A stretch of 64,000 nucleotides of DNA from assembly GCA_963791045.1 (NCBI GenBank), contig CAWBQK010000009.1, positions 128,001 through 192,000 on the forward strand, in the 5' to 3' direction. Made by a program: the position numbers and the translations under genes. Below the pieces are notes generated by a model that did not search any database, was not told the DNA's origin, and saw only the letters and a program-made list of their open reading frames with translations. Shown here piece by piece: positions 31,644-39,822 of this stretch (positions are counted from its first letter, which is position 1; each line of letters begins with the position of its first letter). The DNA is from Candidatus Latescibacterota bacterium (GTDB lineage: Bacteria > Krumholzibacteriota > Krumholzibacteriia > WVZY01).

Positions 31644-32384
31644 ATGTTTTCGAGCTTTAGCTGGATGGACGCAATGACAACGAGCCCGATCGTTCTCGTC
31701 CTCGTAATTTGCAGCGTGGTCACGCTCGGGGCCGCGATTGAACGGATCTATTACTACTCAAACGGCGGGAAAATCCCGACAAGACGTTCCGTAAAGCAGT
31801 GGTTCGGGTCCGTGAGGGCAGGCTCCACGACGCGACGGTCGCCTGCGAGGCGAGCCTGCACCCCTTCGGTCCTGTCGGGCTCGAAGTGCTCCGCGGCGTC
31901 GGACAAATCCGCCGACGCATTTGAGGAACGACTCCATGTCGCCTTGAGCGGCACAGAAGCTCCTCCTCGAAAGAAACTTGAACGTACTTGGGACGATGGC
32001 CGCGGTCGCGCCACTCATCGGACTTTTGGCACTGTGTGGGGCATCATGCGCGCATTCTCCGATATGGCGCAAACAGGTTCGGCGGCTCCATCGGTGGTCG
32101 CCGCGGGTGTCGCGGAGGCGCTCGTCACTACCGCGGCTGGGCTCGTCGTTGCCGTTCCCGCACTTATTCTCTACAACCACCTGTCGCGGAGGATGAACGT
32201 GATGCTCACCGTGGCGGAAAATCACAGCCGTACGCTCCGCACCGTGATCCTCGAAGAGATCGAGCGGCGCGAGAAAGCGGCAAAAGAAACGGTCGCCCTC
32301 GAGAAAGCACGGATCTCCCGCGACGAAGCACGCTCCCAGGCTGCTGCCGAAACACCCCAACCCGAGCCGTCGCTCACGAGGTAA
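31644..32384 (+). CDS. exbB: MotA/TolQ/ExbB proton-channel protein (four mutually compensating frameshifts)
   Basis: AGGAG RBS; LGTMAAVAPLIGL (alternate frame) then FGTVWGIM; GVAEALVTTAAGLVVAVPA. Confidence 0.88.
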   Translation: MFSSFSWMDAMTTSPIVLVLVICSVVTLGAAIERIYYYSNGGKIPTRRSVKQWFGSVRAGSTTRRSPARRACTPSVLSGSKCSAASDKSADAFEERLHVALSGTEAPPRKKLERTWDDGRGRATHRTFGTVWGIMRAFSDMAQTGSAAPSVVAAGVAEALVTTAAGLVVAVPALILYNHLSRRMNVMLTVAENHSRTLRTVILEEIERREKAAKETVALEKARISRDEARSQAAAETPQPEPSLTR

Positions 32385-32389
32385 CGCGG

Positions 32390-32802
32390 ATGGGCGCCCG
32401 AAAGAGAAAAGAAGAAGACAACGGCGGAATGTTCGAGGTCAATCTGACCCCGCTTATCGATGTGTCGCTCGTGCTCGTCGTAATGCTGCTCCTCGCGACG
32501 CCGCTCGCGTTCGAGTCGAGCATCATGGTGAGGAAGTCCGAGAAAACCGCGGCGAAGGCGGAAAAGAAAAACGACGTCAACCGGATTGAGCTGCGCGTCA
32601 TCTCGGCCGACGAGGTGCGGGTCAACCGGGAAGTCGTCGCGCGGGAAAACCTCGTCGACACCCTCAAGCCGCTTATAAGGTCGATATCGAACCCGTGGTC
32701 GTGATCGCCTGCGACACCGGAGTATCGCACGGCACGTTCGTCGATGTTCTCGACCGCGCAAAGATGGCAGGAGCGAAGGAAATTGCCGTCACCGGGAAAT
32801 AA
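32390..32802 (+). CDS. exbD: ExbD/TolR biopolymer transport protein, copy 1 (frameshift at ~32680)
   Basis: EVNLTPLIDVSLVLVV. C-terminus VVIACDTGVSHGTFVDVLDRAKMAGAKEIAV is in the next frame. Confidence 0.88.
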
Positions 32803-32817
32803 CCCGATGGAGAAAAC

Positions 32818-33243
32818 ATGAAGCCACTGATTACCGAAAAGTTGCCGACGATCGCGCGGATCAACGTGACGCCGATCATCGATGTGGCGCTCGTCCTCGT
32901 CATTATCCTGCTCGTCACCGCGCCGATGATCGCTGCGAGCAAGATGGAGATCGATCTTCCCGAGGCGAGGACGCGGAGCATTGAGGATGAGGTACGTGTG
33001 AGTGTGACTATCGACTCCGATGGCCGCGTCGCCGTCGACGAAGACGAGATCGAGCGTCGCTCGCTCGCTCGTGTGCTCCGGCAGCGGATCGACGACGTCA
33101 AAAGTGACAACCTGCTCGTGGTCGTCCGCGCCGACGCGGGAACATCTTATGAAGCCGTCCACGAGATCCTCGGAGAGGTCCGATTGGTGGGCGCCAAAAG
33201 AATCGCCATCGCGACACGTCAACGCGGGAAGGTCGACTTATGA
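32818..33243 (+). CDS. exbD: ExbD/TolR biopolymer transport protein, copy 2
   Basis: INVTPIIDVALVLVIILLVTAP, IDLPEA and VVRADAGTSYE motifs. Confidence 0.92.
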   Translation: MKPLITEKLPTIARINVTPIIDVALVLVIILLVTAPMIAASKMEIDLPEARTRSIEDEVRVSVTIDSDGRVAVDEDEIERRSLARVLRQRIDDVKSDNLLVVVRADAGTSYEAVHEILGEVRLVGAKRIAIATRQRGKVDL

Positions 33244-34187
33244 TGGGACCGAGCTTCGAACTCACGCGCGAACTTTCCGACGCCAGCCGCCGGACGCGCC
33301 GGAGCACGGCGCTGAGCGTTGGTGTGCATCTGCTCGCGTTCCTGTTCTTTCTTTTCGTCCACCAGGTCGCGCCGGAAGAGGAGGGGCTCACCGAAATCAC
33401 CTTTCTCGAACCCGTCGTGGAGCCGCTTCCCGCTGCGATCCCCGTAGCCGTCGCGAAGAGTAACCCGGCGCCTACGACAAAGATCGAAAGACAATCGCGG
33501 GACAAACGCGAACGAAAGTTCGAGCGCGATGTGCCGGTGGCCGATATTGCTCCTGAGCCGCAGGAGCTCAAACGCGCCGACGACAAACTGAGCGAGCGAC
33601 TCGCTTCGATCCAGGTGAAAGCAACCGAGAAAACCGTCGACATCGCGGCGCTCTCGACACCGTCCCCTGTTGGGCGGCCAAAGCTCGCCGGCACGTCGGA
33701 TACTTTCCAGCCGCCCGAGCGCGCGGAGCTCTCTCGCACCGATCCGGTGAAGACCAAACCCGTGGCGCTCTCGAGGAACCCGCGACGGATCCAGAAGGCC
33801 AATATCGCCACGACGCCGTTCAACAACACACCGATCGAACGCGCGCGCCCCAGGAAAACGGACAGTGACGCGCGTCGCGTTCTGGCAGGCGCACAACTTG
33901 TCGGTCCGGTTGCCGACCGTTCCGTCCTGTCGTACGACGTCCCCGACTATCCCGAGTGGGCCAAGACGGAGGCCGTCGAGGGATCTGTCACCATCTACTT
34001 CGTCGTTCTCCCCGACGGACGGGTCAAAGAAAATGTCATGGTCGAGAAAACAGCGGGGTTCGCCGATTTTGATGACAACGCATTGGAAGCAATCCTCGCC
34101 TGGCGCTTCGAGTCCTTAAAAGGAGGCGCGACGGGCGAACAGTGGGGCACGATTACATTTCACTATCGTTTGAGCGACACTAACTGA
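33240..34187 (+). CDS. tonB: TonB family energy transducer
   Basis: TM anchor with SxxxH (SVGVH); extended Pro/charged linker; C-terminal PDYPEWAK...VEGSV...VLPDGRV...FDDNALEAILAWRF. Confidence 0.88.
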   Translation: MMGPSFELTRELSDASRRTRRSTALSVGVHLLAFLFFLFVHQVAPEEEGLTEITFLEPVVEPLPAAIPVAVAKSNPAPTTKIERQSRDKRERKFERDVPVADIAPEPQELKRADDKLSERLASIQVKATEKTVDIAALSTPSPVGRPKLAGTSDTFQPPERAELSRTDPVKTKPVALSRNPRRIQKANIATTPFNNTPIERARPRKTDSDARRVLAGAQLVGPVADRSVLSYDVPDYPEWAKTEAVEGSVTIYFVVLPDGRVKENVMVEKTAGFADFDDNALEAILAWRFESLKGGATGEQWGTITFHYRLSDTN

Positions 34188-34216
34188 CGGATCCGATTTG
34201 GATTGGAGAAATCATT

Positions 34217-35185
34217 ATGAAGACCTTTTGCCGACGTAGATCGATTGAACTCGCCGCCTTCTTGTTCGTTATCCCGGGGCTCCTGTTTGCGACTGACGCG
34301 AATGCCGCGGATGAGAACACTTCGAAGGCGCCCGCCGACACAACGATGAAGCTCGAAGGCGGAGAGGAAGGGACCATCTTCAAAAGCCTACGGATCGAAG
34401 GCGAGGACCGCGTGCGGATAGAGTTCGACCGGCCCGCGCTCGATTTGTCGCTCGACCCGCGAACGGCGCCGGGCCTCGATTTTGAAATGGTGCTCGCCGC
34501 ACTCGACCGCGCCGGCCACGATCTCGTCACACCGTACATGGACGGTTCGGCGCTCAACCGTGGGCCCCGCTTTACGCGGCCGTGGCTCGATCTATTCGCC
34601 ACGGGCAGCGTAGTCCGATTCCAACCGGCGATCGAGGGGGTCGAAAAATGGCGTCTCGATGTCGCCGACTCGCGGGGACAAACGGTGATGAGTTACGAGG
34701 GAAAAGGAAAACCACCAAAAGAAATCAACTGGGACGGCAGGACGAGCGACGGCACACCGGCGCCCCCGGGGCTGAGGTACTCGTACGTCCTCGAGGCATA
34801 CGACCGAGCGGGAAACAAACGAAACTTTGTCGGTGACGGGTTCGAGATTCCGCCGTATATCGTCGAGGACAAACAGGGCTTCACGATGCTTTTCTCGGGC
34901 AAGGAACTGCAGAGGACATCGTCATCTCCAGGCGCTGCGATCCCCGCACCCATTATACTCGAAGCGGCGACGCGTATTAACCAGTCCGAAGCGTTCGCCG
35001 CACCCATTCGGATCCAGGTGACCGCACGATCGTTCGATGACGCCAAAAGAACCGCAGACGCGATCGTGAATGATCTCACTCCGCTTCTCCTCGGCGATCC
35101 AATCCGGCTCCAGCCAATCACCACGGTCGAGCCCGATGCGCCCGACACGGGGACAATCATGATCGCGGTGGGGATGGAGAAATAG
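34217..35185 (+). CDS. Exported protein with FlgD-like Ig domain and possible degenerate OmpA-like C-terminus
   Basis: Signal peptide ending ANA; WRLDVADSRGQTV...INWDGRTSDGTPAPPGLRYSYVLEAYDRAGN. Confidence 0.65.
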   Translation: MKTFCRRRSIELAAFLFVIPGLLFATDANAADENTSKAPADTTMKLEGGEEGTIFKSLRIEGEDRVRIEFDRPALDLSLDPRTAPGLDFEMVLAALDRAGHDLVTPYMDGSALNRGPRFTRPWLDLFATGSVVRFQPAIEGVEKWRLDVADSRGQTVMSYEGKGKPPKEINWDGRTSDGTPAPPGLRYSYVLEAYDRAGNKRNFVGDGFEIPPYIVEDKQGFTMLFSGKELQRTSSSPGAAIPAPIILEAATRINQSEAFAAPIRIQVTARSFDDAKRTADAIVNDLTPLLLGDPIRLQPITTVEPDAPDTGTIMIAVGMEK

Positions 35186-35224
35186 AATGAGCGGATGGTC
35201 CGCGTGAATAGCGAGAAAAAGAAA

Positions 35225-36811
35225 CTAGGATTCCTGAGTTGATTCGGTTTTGCCCCACCACCGGTGGGTCTTGTACGCGGCAAATAGAATAAGGAGCGCC
35301 CACACAATAAAGAGGAGATCGAAGAACAGAGAAGGATCGGATTGAAGCGTGGGCGGCACGGCGGACGGGCGCCGGAATACTTCGAGGTCTGTGGGTGATA
35401 CACGGATCATTACCCAGAACGCCTGCGGCACGCGAGAGAGCGATCCCCACAACCCACTTCCCCACAGCGCGCCCCAACCAGGATCGGTCTCACCGGTGAT
35501 TCCACCCGTCGAGATTCGAAGCCACTGGATGAGATTGAGCGCGGTGACGATATAGACTGACCCCTGTGCGATCCATCCCAACCGGCAGAACGCAAGCAGC
35601 CCGAGAACGACAAACGGCACCAGATCGACAAACCGGCGCATCCCGAATGACCAACCCGCCCACCAGTCGTTGGGGAGCGAATTCATAATCCACTGGAGAA
35701 CAAAAACACCGAGGATCGCGATGACAAGCCTACGTGTTTCCGGCTTGCGAAGCCACATCACCCATCCGGCCAGAGCGAGTACGAATAGCGGCGACCAGGT
35801 GAACAACCCATGGCGCGTTGAGAAGAGGACGTCCTTCAAGCGATCCATTCCGAGATGCAAGAACCCTTCGCCCTGCGGGAGATGCCACGGGGCGCCGTAG
35901 ATGATCGTCCACACAACAATCTGCGGGAGAAAGACAACAAACGCGCTCGCCGTGTATACGCCGACGAGCGACAACTGTTCTTTGGTCACATCACGAACCC
36001 CACCGCGCCAACCGAGGATCAACGGGAATACCCAGAAGACGACACCCTGCGTGCGGACAAGCGCCATCAATCCTACAACCGCGCCGAGGATCATCGCCCG
36101 CCGCGTCGTCCAATCGCCGCGCCAGCGGACACCAAGATAGAGCAGAACCGATGTGACAAAAACCGAGCACGCGTGCGAGAAGCTCGGCATTTGCAAAACA
36201 TAATAAATGAGCGGCGTGCCGAGATAGGCGCCGAGCATGGCGGCACTCCGCGCGCCGGGGGATGATTTCGAAAAGAATTCTTTGATGGTTCGGATGACGA
36301 GCGCGATGGACACGAGGAGATAGGTCCACGTCCCGAAGTGAGCCGCCCACAATGTCGATGACCCAAAGCCATCGGTGGCGATACCGGCGCCAAAGAGCGC
36401 GCCGAGCTTGGCGACAAGGGCGATCACGATGGCAAACGGGAGCCAGAGAAACGCCGACCCGAGGCCAAAGGGGTTCCCCCGTTTCCCGGTATCGGTGCGC
36501 GCGGCGAGTTCGGACCCGCCAACACCATTTTCGACCATTCCGAAGCGCTGATAATCATTGTCGAAGTCCACATCCCCATCCCACAAAATCGAATGCAGAT
36601 AAACAAGATACGATGAACTGTCGGGGACGAGGTAGTGAGGCTGCACGACTAGATAAAGAGCGACGAGGATGATCGCGACGATGGCCAGGTGGCGGAGGAC
36701 GGGGGGAGTGGCGGCACGTTCGCGCGACGCGGGGCGACCGGTTTTCTGAGAATCTGATGGGCGGCCGCGGCGTTTTGCCACTTTTTTCTCCCCGGGACGG
36801 CGGCTCGTCAA
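35225..36811 (-). CDS. Polytopic membrane protein, probable GT-C (PMT-like) glycosyltransferase
   Basis: PDSSSYLVYLHSILWDGDVDFDND, SFSHA, LFSTRHGLFTWSP and WWAGWSFGMRRF motifs; many TM helices. Start codon uncertain. Confidence 0.7.
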   Translation of the reverse strand: MTSRRPGEKKVAKRRGRPSDSQKTGRPASRERAATPPVLRHLAIVAIILVALYLVVQPHYLVPDSSSYLVYLHSILWDGDVDFDNDYQRFGMVENGVGGSELAARTDTGKRGNPFGLGSAFLWLPFAIVIALVAKLGALFGAGIATDGFGSSTLWAAHFGTWTYLLVSIALVIRTIKEFFSKSSPGARSAAMLGAYLGTPLIYYVLQMPSFSHACSVFVTSVLLYLGVRWRGDWTTRRAMILGAVVGLMALVRTQGVVFWVFPLILGWRGGVRDVTKEQLSLVGVYTASAFVVFLPQIVVWTIIYGAPWHLPQGEGFLHLGMDRLKDVLFSTRHGLFTWSPLFVLALAGWVMWLRKPETRRLVIAILGVFVLQWIMNSLPNDWWAGWSFGMRRFVDLVPFVVLGLLAFCRLGWIAQGSVYIVTALNLIQWLRISTGGITGETDPGWGALWGSGLWGSLSRVPQAFWVMIRVSPTDLEVFRRPSAVPPTLQSDPSLFFDLLFIVWALLILFAAYKTHRWWGKTESTQES

Positions 36812-37053
36812 GAGCGCGTAAGGCGCCGGCGAGCCCGGATCAGAATTGTATCGTGTGATTTAAAAAGCAGTTATATAGATCATTCTACGCCCCGGCGGCC
36901 TCTGCCGCAAGTAAAGATTTTATATAACTAATACTTGAGAAATATATTATCTATACAACCTTTCGCCACCTTCGCCCGTCTAATTTTTAAGACCACGCCA
37001 ATGCTGCTCGCGCAATTAAAAATCTAAATCCCCCCACCGGAAAGGAGACCGCC

Positions 37054-39723
37054 ATGTCTGGGCGTCGGCGGACAGCCATTCCATCCATCCCATTCATCGT
37101 TCTCGCGATCATGGGAATTCTTACCCTCCTGGTTTCATCAGCGACAGCGGACGAATCAAAACCATCAGACGAAATTAAAGAAGTCAGACAAATTCGCGCG
37201 CTCAAAATCAACCCGCACGCGCCGAAGATCGACGGCAATCTCGATGACATCATTTGGCACAAGGCAGAGTTCTTTTCGGGGTTCACCCAGAAGGATCCCA
37301 AAGAGGGCGAGCCGGCGGCCAACCAGACCGAAGTCGCCGTTATCTATGACGAAAACGCCGTCTATTTCGCCGCGCGGATGCTTTCTCAAAAACCCGACGA
37401 CATCATGGCGACGGTGAGCCGCCGTGACAAGACGGGCAACTCGGAACGCGTCATCATATCGCTCGATACATATCATGACAAACGAACCGCATATTCCTTT
37501 GCCGTCACCGCGGCGGGCACGCGCATCGACTACTATCACCGCTCCGACAGCGAAGGCGACCGCGATTACGATTTTAATCCTGTGTGGGAAGCGGCATCGA
37601 TACGGACGGCGGACGGGTGGAACGCCGAAATGCGGATTCCTTTTACACAAATCCGTTTCAAAAACCAGGATGTCCAGACCTGGGGAATCAATATCAACCG
37701 CTTCGTCCCCACCGAGAGTGAGGACTCGTACTGGATCATGATTCCCAAGGAAGAGACGGGCTGGTCGTCGAAAATGGGTGAGCTGGTCGGGATCCAGGGG
37801 ATCGCGCCGTCCCGTCGCGTAGAGCTTCTTCCCTATTTCGCGAGCGACGCGAAGTCGTCAAATCAGGCCGACGCCGAAAACCCGTTTGCGCAAAAAAACG
37901 AGTTCGACACGCGCGTGGGCGGAAACGTCAAGATGGGTGTCGGCCCCAACCTCACTCTCGAGGGGACAATAAACCCCGACTTTGGCCAGGTCGAAGCAGA
38001 TCCGGCGGTCGTCAACCTCTCCGCCTTCGAGACGTTCTTCCCCGAACGGCGACCCTTCTTTACCGAGGGAAGCCAACTCCTTAAGGGCATTGGCCCGAGT
38101 TATTTCTATTCGAGACGGATCGGCGCGGCGCCGCACCACAGTCCCGACGCCGACTATGTGGATTCTCCGGATAACACGTCTATCATCGGCGCGGCGAAAC
38201 TTACCGGGCGGCTCAACTCGGGGCTGTCAATTGGCGTGCTCGGCGCGGTCACAGACCGGGAAAAAGCGCAGACCTTCAACACGTCGACTGGTGTCGAGGG
38301 CGTTGAAGAGGTCGAGCCGAGAAGCGGTTACGGCGTCGTCAGGCTCCAACAGGAAGTCGGCAAAAACGCGTCGACCATCGGCGTGATCTTGACAGGCGTC
38401 GAACGCAATATGTCCCCGGCGAGCGAACTCACCGAGCTTCTCTCGCGTCGAGCCGTGAGCGGCGGCGCCGACTGGAACCTCCGGTTTGCCGAAGGTAAAT
38501 ACGAACTGATGGGGTACGTCGGCGGGAGTCATGTCGAGGGCACCACCGAGGCAATCTCCGAAGTCCAGCAGTCGAGCGCGCATTATCTCCAGCGTCCCGA
38601 CGCCGATCATGTCCGTTTCGATCCGACACGGACATCGCTCAACGGTTGGGTTGGGAAACTCCGGTTCGACAAACGAGCCGGCAAACACTGGCGCGGAGGG
38701 ATGGGCGTAGATGCCGAGTCCCCAATGTTCGAAATAAACGATATCGGACAGATCAGCACGGCGGACGACATAAACAACTTCGCTTGGTTCTTGTACCGGC
38801 ACGACGACCCCGGCCGGCTCTATCAGAACTGGCGGATATTTGGCTCGGTGGGAAGCGGCTTCAACTTTGGCGGCGACCGTCAGTATGCGTACCTAGACCT
38901 CGAGGGCGTGTACACATTCAAGAACTTCATGGGGACATTCCTGGGCGTGGAGCTCTACCCCGCTTCGCAAAGCGACAACCTCACCCGCGGCGGCCCGTCG
39001 ATGGGAACCGGCAATGCCGGTAATATATGGCTCAGTCTCTGGAGCAACGGCAAAAACAAAACGACGTGGGACACATGGACGGGCTTGTGGGCGAATGAAC
39101 TCGGGCAGCGGGGATACCAGGTCGGGGCGCAAATGACCTTTCGGCCTGGCACACGCTGGGAACTGAGTGTCAACCCGCGTTGGGTTAACAAAACCGAACC
39201 CCGGCAGTATGTGACCGAAGAGGAGGGTGGAAGCGCCGCGACCTACGACATGCGTTACGTGTTCGCCTCGGTCGAAAGAAGCGAACTCTCCGCCCAGCTT
39301 CGGTTGAACTATGCGTTCACCCCAAATTTCACGCTTGAGTTTTATGCGGAACCATTTGCGTCGAGCGGAAAATACTCGAAGTTTGGCGAACTCGAAGCGG
39401 CGCGGAGTAAGTATCTGCGCGAATACGGAAGCGACGGCACATCGATCGAGAAGACCGGCGACGGAATCTACACGGTGACCGACGGCGATCAGACTTTCGA
39501 GCTCGAACAGAGCGATTTCAATTATGTATCTTTCCGTTCGAACATGGTCCTCCGTTGGGAGTGGAACCCGGGAAGCACACTCTTTGTCGTGTGGCAGCAG
39601 AATCGTTCGGATGATACGAGCGACGGCTCCCAGGTGGGGTTCAACAATCTCAGGGATTCGCTGTCCGCTCCGGGGGACAACTTCTTCGCGATCAAAGTGA
39701 CCTACTGGATCCCATTCTTGTAA
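37054..39723 (+). CDS. Exported CBM9-like + DUF5916 domain protein
   Basis: Signal peptide; PKIDGNLDD..W, GWNAEMRIPF and INPDFGQVEADPAVVNLSAFETFFPERRPFF motifs; LRWEWNPGSTLFVVW; AGGAG RBS. Confidence 0.85.
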   Translation: MSGRRRTAIPSIPFIVLAIMGILTLLVSSATADESKPSDEIKEVRQIRALKINPHAPKIDGNLDDIIWHKAEFFSGFTQKDPKEGEPAANQTEVAVIYDENAVYFAARMLSQKPDDIMATVSRRDKTGNSERVIISLDTYHDKRTAYSFAVTAAGTRIDYYHRSDSEGDRDYDFNPVWEAASIRTADGWNAEMRIPFTQIRFKNQDVQTWGININRFVPTESEDSYWIMIPKEETGWSSKMGELVGIQGIAPSRRVELLPYFASDAKSSNQADAENPFAQKNEFDTRVGGNVKMGVGPNLTLEGTINPDFGQVEADPAVVNLSAFETFFPERRPFFTEGSQLLKGIGPSYFYSRRIGAAPHHSPDADYVDSPDNTSIIGAAKLTGRLNSGLSIGVLGAVTDREKAQTFNTSTGVEGVEEVEPRSGYGVVRLQQEVGKNASTIGVILTGVERNMSPASELTELLSRRAVSGGADWNLRFAEGKYELMGYVGGSHVEGTTEAISEVQQSSAHYLQRPDADHVRFDPTRTSLNGWVGKLRFDKRAGKHWRGGMGVDAESPMFEINDIGQISTADDINNFAWFLYRHDDPGRLYQNWRIFGSVGSGFNFGGDRQYAYLDLEGVYTFKNFMGTFLGVELYPASQSDNLTRGGPSMGTGNAGNIWLSLWSNGKNKTTWDTWTGLWANELGQRGYQVGAQMTFRPGTRWELSVNPRWVNKTEPRQYVTEEEGGSAATYDMRYVFASVERSELSAQLRLNYAFTPNFTLEFYAEPFASSGKYSKFGELEAARSKYLREYGSDGTSIEKTGDGIYTVTDGDQTFELEQSDFNYVSFRSNMVLRWEWNPGSTLFVVWQQNRSDDTSDGSQVGFNNLRDSLSAPGDNFFAIKVTYWIPFL

Positions 39724-39742
39724 GCAAACCCCACCTCGGGAC

Positions 39743-39781
39743 GAGGGTTCGCCGGCAGTTCCGACCGGCGGACCCTCTTTT
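39743..39781 (+). terminator. Intrinsic terminator
   Basis: GAGGGTTCGCCGG-N9-CCGGCGGACCCTC followed by TTTT. Confidence 0.75.
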
Positions 39782-39822
39782 ATTATAAAGATTAATGAAA
39801 TCTCATCCTGGCGGATATCGAG

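Noticed and set aside
31644-34187. Interpretation as a tolQRA (Tol-Pal) locus
   Set aside because: No adjacent tolB or pal, and there are two ExbD copies. The PD40 lipoprotein at 21-22 kb is on the other strand and lacks a TolB N-domain.
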